Origin: a virus
Taxonomy: Duplodnaviria > Heunggongvirae > Uroviricota > Caudoviricetes
DNA length: 32,973 bases
Strand: one strand, 5' to 3'
IMG/VR virus record: IMGVR_UViG_3300035521_000566
The notes beneath the pieces are model-generated. The model made no database searches. It worked only from the letters and a program-made list of their open reading frames with translations, and was not told where the DNA came from. Below, piece by piece: positions 25,682 through 32,973 of this stretch. Positions within the stretch are counted from its first letter, which is position 1, and every line of letters starts with the position of its first letter. The position numbers and the translations under genes were made by a program.

Positions 25682-25699
25682 AACAACGAGGTGAAAAAT

Positions 25700-26032
25700 A
25701 TGAAAAGTTCATGTATACTGAACTATGCAATGTTTGATGAAGACTATGAGTTCCGTCTTGAACGCACAACTTATGTAAATGGCAATCTTGCTGTTCTTGC
25801 AACGGATAACAAAACCGAAGAACCGTTCGGAATCATTACAGTCAACACAGGCGTTGACCTTCCAGATGACCAGGCTTGCGTCGACATAAACAACCTACCT
25901 GACATTCTGGATACTATTTTTAAGGCAGGTCTTGCCAAACCAACAATGTATAAAATCAATCCTGGCGGATTTGTTGATTATCCCATTGTTGTGTTTGACT
26001 TAAATAAAATACCTGAAACAAATAACGATTAA
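25700..26032 (+). CDS. DUF4313-like protein
   Basis: Y.NGNLAV...EPFG.ITVN...ACVDINN...G...GFV.YP...FD pattern; ATG 25700 after GAGGTG. Confidence 0.7.
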   Translation: MKSSCILNYAMFDEDYEFRLERTTYVNGNLAVLATDNKTEEPFGIITVNTGVDLPDDQACVDINNLPDILDTIFKAGLAKPTMYKINPGGFVDYPIVVFDLNKIPETNND

Positions 26033-26046
26033 AAGGAGATACATTT

Positions 26047-26544
26047 ATGCTGAAAAACATCACTGCAATTGAACAGGACGGTCTTAACACAAGAGTGCTT
26101 AACATCATTCTCGATGTTAACGATGAAACAATTGACATAGCCGAGGCTGTTCGTAAGGCGTGCACAAAATATGTTGCAACTACTGCTGAAGGCAGAACAA
26201 CATATGATTATAACTGCAACTCATTCAACTGGGCAGATTTTGCACAGTCTGTGCCAAATACAATCTGCCGTGAATTCGGATTTGAGAAAATCTATGATGA
26301 CATAAGCCAGTTAGATGTAAACTGGGACGAACAGCTTGTGAACGATGACGAACTCCCATTATCTGAAGATAAATGGAATCAGTTAAAAGACGCTGTTCGT
26401 GATGACACAGACGCTATCAGTGTTTTCTTAGGATTTCGATATGTTGAATCGAGAGATGCTGATATTCTTGACACACTATTGAACGACGCACTTGCTAAAA
26501 TGCCTGTCAGAAAACAGCAGGAATTTTATAATGAATATTGCTAA
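26047..26544 (+). CDS. Hypothetical protein
   Basis: AAGGAG RBS; 165 aa. Confidence 0.75.
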   Translation: MLKNITAIEQDGLNTRVLNIILDVNDETIDIAEAVRKACTKYVATTAEGRTTYDYNCNSFNWADFAQSVPNTICREFGFEKIYDDISQLDVNWDEQLVNDDELPLSEDKWNQLKDAVRDDTDAISVFLGFRYVESRDADILDTLLNDALAKMPVRKQQEFYNEYC

Positions 26545-26565
26545 ACAATATCAGCGAGGTGAAAC

Positions 26566-27132
26566 ATGAAAAAGAAAGTAGTATTTGACGTTGACGATAT
26601 ATTGTGGGACTTAAATCGTAAAGCAGCTAAATTGGCTGGTATATCGTACAACGACATAATAACATTCTCGTTAAATGAGAACCCTTTACTGACTGACGAT
26701 GAGAAAATACGCCTCAAATCAGTATACGGCAGTGAAGAACTATTCAAAAATATCGAATGGTTCAAAAACATAGACCGTATCAATCATTTGAATGCCGATG
26801 TACATATCTGTTCGAATATTCTTAACCTTGCTGTTGCAGACATAAAACGCAAACAGATTCATCAGGTACTTGATATATCGGACAACAACATTCATTTGAA
26901 TTTTGTGACCAACGGCAAAGTAAAACAGATACCAGATGATACATTTATCTTCGTGGACGACTCACCATACAATATATTAGATTCTACTGCAGAACATAAT
27001 ATTATGTTAGAGCGTCCGTGGAATGTATCAGAAAATGGTATTGCTATTCTCGGTGGCAAACCCAGAATGATGTTTAAACATTTTGACAGCATCATTGACT
27101 GTATCGAAGTGTTATTAGATACAAACCGATAG
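26566..27132 (+). CDS. HAD-family 5'-nucleotidase (NT5C-like), second copy
   Basis: VVFDVDDIL, IFVDDSPYN and RPWN motifs. Confidence 0.75.
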   Translation: MKKKVVFDVDDILWDLNRKAAKLAGISYNDIITFSLNENPLLTDDEKIRLKSVYGSEELFKNIEWFKNIDRINHLNADVHICSNILNLAVADIKRKQIHQVLDISDNNIHLNFVTNGKVKQIPDDTFIFVDDSPYNILDSTAEHNIMLERPWNVSENGIAILGGKPRMMFKHFDSIIDCIEVLLDTNR

Positions 27133-27153
27133 CAAATCATTTAAACGCCTTTT

Positions 27154-27209
27154 AAGGCACTTTTAGCTTAAAGACATAAACTTATACACTTAACAGCTAA
27201 AAGTGTCTT
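27154..27209. other. Intergenic inverted repeat
   Basis: AAGGCACTTTTAGCT / AGCTAAAAGTGTCTT arms (15 bp, one G-T) with a 26-nt loop. Confidence 0.6.
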
Positions 27210-27257
27210 CACGAGGCTCCTACGTGCTCACAAACGCAAATTATAAAGGAGAGACAT

Positions 27258-27668
27258 ATGAACTTAACTGCAACAGAACTACAGACTATAATAAAATCAA
27301 ATCAAGCTACATTAGAAGCTGAAATGGATAGCATTGATATTGAACTTGCTAAAAATAATTCAATGTCGGCAAAACAGGTGCAGCACTTATCGGATTACAG
27401 AAATGCTATTAAGGTTGAGTGCTACCGTCGAGAGCTCGTGAAAAATAATGTAACTGGTATTATAGATAAACACGGCAAAATGATTAGTGCTGGACACAAA
27501 TTGAAAGACCAATATGGTGGTATTATCGTAATTGACAATTTTGGTGCATACAAACCTGGTGCATTTACTTATCATCCATATGGTGCCACAAATCTAACAT
27601 CTCATTACTATCTGTCAGACTTGGTTGGATATTATAGTATGATGCCTGATTATGAGATAATAAGATAA
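27258..27668 (+). CDS. Hypothetical protein (YopX-like TGxxDKxG motif)
   Basis: AAGGAG RBS; TGIIDKHGKMI. Confidence 0.65.
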   Translation: MNLTATELQTIIKSNQATLEAEMDSIDIELAKNNSMSAKQVQHLSDYRNAIKVECYRRELVKNNVTGIIDKHGKMISAGHKLKDQYGGIIVIDNFGAYKPGAFTYHPYGATNLTSHYYLSDLVGYYSMMPDYEIIR

Positions 27669-27692
27669 ATACAATCAGACGGGAGGTATATT

Positions 27693-28460
27693 ATGTATGA
27701 AGTAAACATTGACCATCCATTTCATAAGATGGCAAAATTATATAACAATCCGAACATCGAATCTGAAAATTGGAAAGTCAGTACATTCACAATATCATAT
27801 CCGCTTAACTGGTATGTTATGTATGAACAGGGTATCCCATCAGGGACATATGTAATGCTATCATGCAAAAATCCATATGAGTTCAATATGGACCAGAGCT
27901 GTATGATGTCAGATACACCGATGGAGAAATTTACGAACCAACGGTTCTTAAATGACGCTAAAGGAGATGTGTTGATTGCAGGTCTGGGCATAGGCTTGCT
28001 TCCAGCGTCTCTTGCAGAAAAAGATGATGTAACATCTATTACTATAATAGAACTGCATCAAGAAGTCATAGACCTAGTGGAGCCACTAATTCGTAAACAC
28101 ATAAAGAACGCTGATAAAATCAAGATTATACAGGGTGATGCATACAAATATCCAAAAGACCATCCAAAGGAACATTATGATTATGCATATCTGGATATTT
28201 GGGACTCATTCCCAGGCTCATCTGATGATTTGGATATGCTGAATGAAATCATCTCTCTTTATGACAATATTATTCCATCAGGCAACACCACAACATGGGG
28301 CTACGAATATGCATTAAACGAACAGGACGATAATCCAGTTACAGTTGAAGCATACGGCAAATATTGTGGAGAATTGTATAGCTGGGAAAGAAAATTAAAA
28401 GAGTTTGACAAAGAAGCATTTGACAATATGTGCAAATATACTGATGAAATGCTACGATAA
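27693..28460 (+). CDS. Class I SAM-dependent methyltransferase / spermidine-synthase-like protein
   Basis: MMSDTPME, DVLIAGLGIG, IIE...VIDLV, GDA and YLDIW motifs. Confidence 0.8.
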   Translation: MYEVNIDHPFHKMAKLYNNPNIESENWKVSTFTISYPLNWYVMYEQGIPSGTYVMLSCKNPYEFNMDQSCMMSDTPMEKFTNQRFLNDAKGDVLIAGLGIGLLPASLAEKDDVTSITIIELHQEVIDLVEPLIRKHIKNADKIKIIQGDAYKYPKDHPKEHYDYAYLDIWDSFPGSSDDLDMLNEIISLYDNIIPSGNTTTWGYEYALNEQDDNPVTVEAYGKYCGELYSWERKLKEFDKEAFDNMCKYTDEMLR

Positions 28461-28473
28461 GGAGATATAGAAA

Positions 28474-28668
28474 ATGAAAACAAATCTTGAAATATTTGAT
28501 AGTGTACTTGCAATCAGAAAGGATTATGCAAAAAAACTGAAGACCACAACGGACAAGCAGCAAAGGCTCATTATCAAAGCCAAAATTATTGCTCTGGGCG
28601 AAGCTCTGGACACAATGGAGCATCAAGAGCAAGAATCAGACTTAGATGAATTAGTCAATGAACTTTAA
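28474..28668 (+). CDS. Hypothetical small protein
   Basis: AAGGAG RBS; 64 aa. Confidence 0.6.
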   Translation: MKTNLEIFDSVLAIRKDYAKKLKTTTDKQQRLIIKAKIIALGEALDTMEHQEQESDLDELVNEL

Positions 28669-28682
28669 AAGAGGTGTGAACT

Positions 28683-28965
28683 ATGATGAGAAATCCAGAA
28701 GAACACATTAACGAGTTATATAAAAAAAAAACGTCTTGCCTTCAAGAAGATTAAACCATTATTTACTTATCACACCTGCTGTTGCTGCGGAATGCAATTC
28801 AGAAAAGAACCAATGTGGGAATGCTCATATCAATATGAAATATCAAGGGCGTTACTCGATATAATGGCTTACGAACAAGGCTGCATTCATTGTTTCCCTG
28901 AAATGAACGACTTTCGTGAATATTTAGAGACTAATAATATTATACGAAAAGTATCGCAATCATAA
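28683..28965 (+). pseudogene. Frameshifted Zn-ribbon-like protein, paralog of 32347..32613
   Basis: A10 tract at 28722-28731. Removing one A gives a 93-aa ORF (MMRNP...CCCCGMQFRKEPMW...GCIHCFPEMNDFREYL) aligning with MMRDP...CLKCGMEYKLEPVW...GCKHCFPSVKDFRDYL. Confidence 0.8.
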
Positions 28966-28992
28966 TCAGGATTCAGAAAGTGAGACCACAAT

Positions 28993-29220
28993 ATGAACAA
29001 ATACAAATGTATTAAGGATATTAGAATCTTTATGTATGATAAAAATAATAATCCGACAAATGAATATCGGATGATACACAAAGGCGATATATTCGAATAT
29101 GCAACGGGTTATATCGGCAATTCCGATATAAGATTATATTCAGAAAATGGAGACGATGACGACGGATATATTGATATTACTTATGATATATTATCCAAAC
29201 ATTTTAAACAAATAGTATAA
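28993..29220 (+). CDS. Hypothetical protein
   Basis: 75-aa ORF in the gene run. Confidence 0.65.
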   Translation: MNKYKCIKDIRIFMYDKNNNPTNEYRMIHKGDIFEYATGYIGNSDIRLYSENGDDDDGYIDITYDILSKHFKQIV

Positions 29221-29222
29221 TC

Positions 29223-29359
29223 ATCAGTGGGTACATTTGCAACGACTAAGAGCGGTCTCATTGCTGGCGTTGCCCTGGCGAGAGAAGACGAGTGCAAGTC
29301 TCGTAAATCGGAAAAGCCGACAAAAGTAAGAATAGGTTCGAGTCCTATCGCCCACTGAT
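29223..29359 (+). ncRNA. tRNA-like structured ncRNA with two T-loop hairpins
   Basis: Closing stem ATCAGTGGGT/GCCCACTGAT; canonical T arm ATAGG-TTCGAGT-CCTAT; second arm ACGAG-TGCAAGT-CTCGT; additional GCAACG/CGTTGC and TCGG/CCGA stems. Confidence 0.7.
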
Positions 29360-29408
29360 TTTAATATAACCAAAATACTTAATAAAAAAAGAATAGAGGT
29401 GAGAAACC

Positions 29409-30143
29409 ATGGTACATAACAATGATTTAGAAAAATTTAAAGAGCTTATAAATAATGCAAAACATATAGCCTTCTTCGGTGGTGCAGGCGTATCAACTGA
29501 AAGCGGAATACCAGACTTCAGAAGTCCAGACGGTTTATATAACCAGCGTGATACAAAATATCAGCCTGAGTATATGTTAAGCCATGAATGTTTATTTCGC
29601 CATCCAAAGGATTTCTATGAATTTTATCGTACGAAAATGGATTGTCGAAATTTCGAGCCAAATGTTGTGCATACAAAACTTGCTGAATGGGAGCAAAACG
29701 GCAAGCGTGTCTCTGTAATGACTCAGAATATAGACGGGTTACATCAAAAAGCAGGCAGTAAAGAAGTATATGAACTGCATGGGACCACACGTAAAAATTA
29801 TTGTACGAAATGTGGTCGTGAGTTTCCAGAAAATGCTGTTTTTGACTCTGATGAACCGATACCACGCTGCCCAGATTGCAAAGGCGTTGGTTTCATAAGA
29901 CCTGCAGTAACTTTGTATGGGGAGCAATTACCACCTGCATTTACAAAAGCAGCAGAGGTATTGCATCATGCTGATTTGATGATAGTCGCAGGAACATCCC
30001 TTACTGTATATCCTGCTGCAAATATGATTGCTGACTTTTATGGGGAGCATCTTGTTATAATAAATCATGACCCCACTGATTATGACGGATATGCTAATTT
30101 AATATTTCACGAAAATTTAGGTGACATATTCTCAAAACTGTAA
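29409..30143 (+). CDS. cobB: Sir2-family NAD-dependent protein deacylase
   Basis: GGAGVSTESGIPDFRS, TQNIDGLHQKAGS, ELHG, two CxxC and GTSLxVYPAA motifs. Confidence 0.92.
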   Translation: MVHNNDLEKFKELINNAKHIAFFGGAGVSTESGIPDFRSPDGLYNQRDTKYQPEYMLSHECLFRHPKDFYEFYRTKMDCRNFEPNVVHTKLAEWEQNGKRVSVMTQNIDGLHQKAGSKEVYELHGTTRKNYCTKCGREFPENAVFDSDEPIPRCPDCKGVGFIRPAVTLYGEQLPPAFTKAAEVLHHADLMIVAGTSLTVYPAANMIADFYGEHLVIINHDPTDYDGYANLIFHENLGDIFSKL

Positions 30144-30191
30144 AGGAGATTATCAGTTATATTTGAAGATTCGTGAAAAGGAGTGAAAAAA

Positions 30192-30671
30192 ATGACTGTT
30201 AAAGAATACAAAGAAAAACTGCAGCATTTGCACGATGTAATTAAAAACAATCCTTTTCGCAAAGACTATGAAACACACATCAAATACGGAAAAGGATATT
30301 ATGACGTTCTCTACAGCTTCGCAGAAACATTCTATCATTTAACTGACGACATTCGAAAAGACAGACTCAAAGATGTTTCAGAAAATGATAGACCACTAAC
30401 AAACGTAGCAAATGACTGTTTATTTATTCATGACTTTTATGGTTCTATTAATCGAAGTCTAAATGCAATACTGAGTCATGAAGGTTCTAATGACCCAAAA
30501 ATAATAGACATTTTGCATAACGAAGAAGAATTGATAGAACTATATCTTTCTTGCATTCATTGTTATCTTGATACAGGTTATTTCAACCGTTATCCATTCA
30601 AATACCGTGGAGCAATCAAATGGGCTGAATGGAATTATGACAGAAAGGAATATATTATTGACATAAAATGA
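30192..30671 (+). CDS. Hypothetical protein
   Basis: AAGGAG RBS before ATG 30192. Confidence 0.7.
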   Translation: MTVKEYKEKLQHLHDVIKNNPFRKDYETHIKYGKGYYDVLYSFAETFYHLTDDIRKDRLKDVSENDRPLTNVANDCLFIHDFYGSINRSLNAILSHEGSNDPKIIDILHNEEELIELYLSCIHCYLDTGYFNRYPFKYRGAIKWAEWNYDRKEYIIDIK

Positions 30672-30718
30672 AAAGCGTAGCAATGAAATAAATAAAATAG
30701 ATATGAAAGGAGATTACT

Positions 30719-31165
30719 ATGTACACAAATCCCATACCAAACCTTGATGATGAAATTACATCAAAGAAAGTAACAATGTCATTTGACTTTGAAAATCCTG
30801 TCACACAAGCAGAAGCTGCTGAATCACTTAACAATATGCTTGGTACAGCTAAAATTGAACCAGACTGGTGTCATTTATGTGGTCCGACAGAAATTCGTTT
30901 TGCCGAAAAGCAGCCACAAAAGACAACCCTGCTTCGTTTTATTGATGCAAATGCCGACGGTTGTGGTACCGATGTTACAGTATTTGTAATCGTCAAAAGA
31001 TATATGTCTAATGACGAGATAGACGCATTACAGAGAAAGACCAATAAGATTCTATGCGAAGAAGAAGATTGGGATTTCGATAGCATCATTGATGAAATCT
31101 TAGACGCATATTTTGATAATCCGAACGATTATATCATAATATCAGCATCAGATATATCACTATAG
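30719..31165 (+). CDS. Hypothetical protein
   Basis: GAAAGGAG RBS; 148 aa. Confidence 0.7.
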   Translation: MYTNPIPNLDDEITSKKVTMSFDFENPVTQAEAAESLNNMLGTAKIEPDWCHLCGPTEIRFAEKQPQKTTLLRFIDANADGCGTDVTVFVIVKRYMSNDEIDALQRKTNKILCEEEDWDFDSIIDEILDAYFDNPNDYIIISASDISL

Positions 31166-31171
31166 CAACAT

Positions 31172-31206
31172 TTATGCCTGCACATTTGTGCGGGCATAAT
31201 TTATTT
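31172..31206 (+). terminator. Intrinsic terminator-like hairpin
   Basis: TTATGCCTGCAC-attt-GTGCGGGCATAA followed by TTTATTT. Confidence 0.7.
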
Positions 31207-31235
31207 AAAAAAAAGTAAGGAGAAAAGAATATAAA

Positions 31236-32111
31236 ATGTCACAGTTATCATTCAAAGTACAAGGTGAATTTATAACAAAATTAGCTCGTGAAAAATTTTA
31301 TCAGGATAATGATATAAGTTATGCCCTCAAGCTATTACTGAATTGTACCGAAACTGACCAAATTTCCTACGAAGAACGACTAGGCATTTGCATTCAGATA
31401 TTAGACGGAAAAGCTTATTTAGAAGGTACATATCCCAATGAGGATTACGGTCTCGTAGAAACTCCAGATGAAGAACCTCTCGGATTTTGCAACCATATAA
31501 GTGATATAGCCAACAAGCTAAAGGAATCCAAAGACGAACTCAACAATATGTATCGTAAATTCAATTTCTTTGTTTCAAAAGCATGTTTATCAGATTATCA
31601 AATGAACAGAATTGATAATGCATATTTTAGTGAATATGGAGAATATATGTTTGACAATTCAAAAGAACCTGCAGCACCAATGGATTCAGCATTAAACACC
31701 ATGCTTTATTCATTTCTCGACAGAAAACACGCTGAAAATGATAAAAACCTGAATTACAATCCAGAGGAAGACTACGGTTGGCTGGAGCCTAACGGAACAT
31801 ATCATCCTGTTGAATGGGGCGAACATTCCAGCTGGGCACAAAACTATTGTGACGAACATTATCCATTCAAAGAATATGCAGATATGTACTGGAAAACCGA
31901 TGCGAATGGTGAAAGACACCACTATGTTAACGGCGATTTCTTAGTATATTGTCTCGGCTGGGTACTGCTTGATAGCCCATATCAGGGCGTAGCTACACCA
32001 AAATATGACCCATCTCGTAGACTCACAAATGCACAAAGAGAGTTCTTATATGGATACTATATCGACAGGGATATGAAAGAAAGAGCAAACAAAATTTGGA
32101 ACGAAGACTGA
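31236..32111 (+). CDS. Hypothetical phage-type protein
   Basis: AAGGAG RBS; 291 aa; C-terminal GWLxPxG...H...GW...TxAQ motif. Confidence 0.75.
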   Translation: MSQLSFKVQGEFITKLAREKFYQDNDISYALKLLLNCTETDQISYEERLGICIQILDGKAYLEGTYPNEDYGLVETPDEEPLGFCNHISDIANKLKESKDELNNMYRKFNFFVSKACLSDYQMNRIDNAYFSEYGEYMFDNSKEPAAPMDSALNTMLYSFLDRKHAENDKNLNYNPEEDYGWLEPNGTYHPVEWGEHSSWAQNYCDEHYPFKEYADMYWKTDANGERHHYVNGDFLVYCLGWVLLDSPYQGVATPKYDPSRRLTNAQREFLYGYYIDRDMKERANKIWNED

Positions 32112-32126
32112 TATAGGAGAAGACAT

Positions 32127-32327
32127 ATGGCTGTACGTATTTGCACAAGACCGAAAAATAGTTGTAAATCTTGCGAATATTATAAGTTTGATAACGATAG
32201 AAATGACTATGTTTGTTTCATGCCTCCCGAATCCACATTTGAAGATTACAAACAAGCCATAGCAAATAATGACTTAGATGCAGCAAAGCAAATTTACAAC
32301 AAAATATTCAAAAAAAGCACTGATTAA
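32127..32327 (+). CDS. Small Cys-rich hypothetical protein
   Basis: AGGAG RBS; C...CxxC...C. Confidence 0.65.
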   Translation: MAVRICTRPKNSCKSCEYYKFDNDRNDYVCFMPPESTFEDYKQAIANNDLDAAKQIYNKIFKKSTD

Positions 32328-32346
32328 AGAAAGAAGATGAGTAATT

Positions 32347-32613
32347 ATGATGAGAGACCCAAAAATTCAGGAGCAAAAGAGACTTCAGAAGAAAATAAGA
32401 TTTCGGCAAATCACGCCCATAATATTTTATCGTGAATGTCTGAAATGCGGTATGGAATATAAGCTTGAGCCCGTGTGGGAATACAGGGGAGAAGTAAAAT
32501 ATGAATTTCTTCCAGTAAGCGAAGTTTATCACTATCACGGCTGCAAGCATTGCTTTCCGAGTGTGAAAGATTTTCGTGATTATCTGAAGTCACAAAATTG
32601 CATCAACATTTAA
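32347..32613 (+). CDS. Zn-ribbon-like small protein
   Basis: CLKC...CKHC; paralog at 28683. Confidence 0.75.
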   Translation: MMRDPKIQEQKRLQKKIRFRQITPIIFYRECLKCGMEYKLEPVWEYRGEVKYEFLPVSEVYHYHGCKHCFPSVKDFRDYLKSQNCINI

Positions 32614-32630
32614 GAAAAGAGGCAGGATAA

Positions 32631-32973
32631 ATGAAATTCAGAACAAAATACGACTTAATAGCTGCTGACTACAAAGCTGGAGATATAGTATGGGGCTGTG
32701 CATTTGCATCTTTCAAGTCTAAAGAAAAATGTAAATTGCGTCAAGAGCCCCAGCAAGGCATTCTTGCATTAGCGTATACTGAATCAGAAAATAACGAACT
32801 GAGACGAATACTCTCAGATGACGATAAGAAATACGGTATTGCATATTTTGTTCCTGTTCGTAAAAACGGTACGCCAAGCTGGTCAAGAGCTGTTAAAATC
32901 GGTTCGAGACTCTATGCATCCACCAAAGAGGACTGTATTGAACTATACAACGAATGTATACACAAAGAAATTG
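32631..32973 (+). CDS. Hypothetical protein (3' truncated by the window)
   Basis: ATG 32631 opens a frame (MKFRTKYDLIAADY...) that runs to the window end. Confidence 0.7.
   Translation, partial: MKFRTKYDLIAADYKAGDIVWGCAFASFKSKEKCKLRQEPQQGILALAYTESENNELRRILSDDDKKYGIAYFVPVRKNGTPSWSRAVKIGSRLYASTKEDCIELYNECIHKEI

Larger units (their letters stand above)
1..32973. mobile_element. Segment of a large plasmid-like/phage-like replicon of a Bacillota host (replication and early/accessory region)
   Basis: Phage-type PolB, D5/P4 helicase, VRR-NUC and DUF3799-like nuclease; lone tRNA; iteron region; dense run of short co-oriented hypothetical genes; no core housekeeping operons. No structural or conjugation genes in the window, so phage versus plasmid is unresolved. 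Confidence 0.8.

Noticed and set aside
29223-29359. tmRNA
   Set aside because: Only ~137 nt, with no tag reading frame and no tmRNA-like GGGG 5' end.
29409-30143. Sir2-domain anti-phage NADase (ThsA/DSR type)
   Set aside because: It is a stand-alone Zn-binding CobB-type deacylase with no fused or adjacent sensor domains.
4698-32593. Numerous short minus-strand and nested ORFs in the track
   Set aside because: They are shadows of longer RBS-supported plus-strand genes and have no recognisable motifs.

Overview
AT-rich (roughly 35% GC by eye) segment of a large mobile or extrachromosomal replicon (megaplasmid-like or large-phage-like) from a Bacillota host, probably Clostridia/Lachnospiraceae-like given the strong GAAAGGAG RBSs, sigmaA promoters and NrdR/DnaA boxes. 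No virion, conjugation or integrase genes are visible. The left end has a CPBP protease and RecJ on the minus strand. Next is a complex origin-like region with about 20 KGTRTCA iterons, a perfect NrdR box and two copies of a 41-bp hairpin motif. A DUF1848-like gene and a DnaA-box cluster then precede a phage-type replication module (D5/P4-type SF3 helicase, HAD nucleotidase, family B DNA polymerase, VRR-NUC). About 21 kb of co-oriented accessory genes follow: tRNA-Gln, a lipoprotein nuclease, a PD-(D/E)XK nuclease, an SF2 helicase, an NrnB-like DHH enzyme, a second nucleotidase, a SAM-dependent transferase, a sirtuin and many small hypothetical genes. The most unusual signals are (i) two tandem tRNA-scaffold RNAs with a constant acceptor/D/T frame but unrelated 80-90 nt inserts replacing the anticodon arm, plus a third RNA with two T-loops; (ii) three paralogous proteins built from 14 copies of a ~50-aa beta-hairpin/HTH-like repeat with a variable putative recognition helix; and (iii) a hybrid iteron + NrdR + DnaA replication-control region. 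All family assignments come from motif recognition, not database searches.
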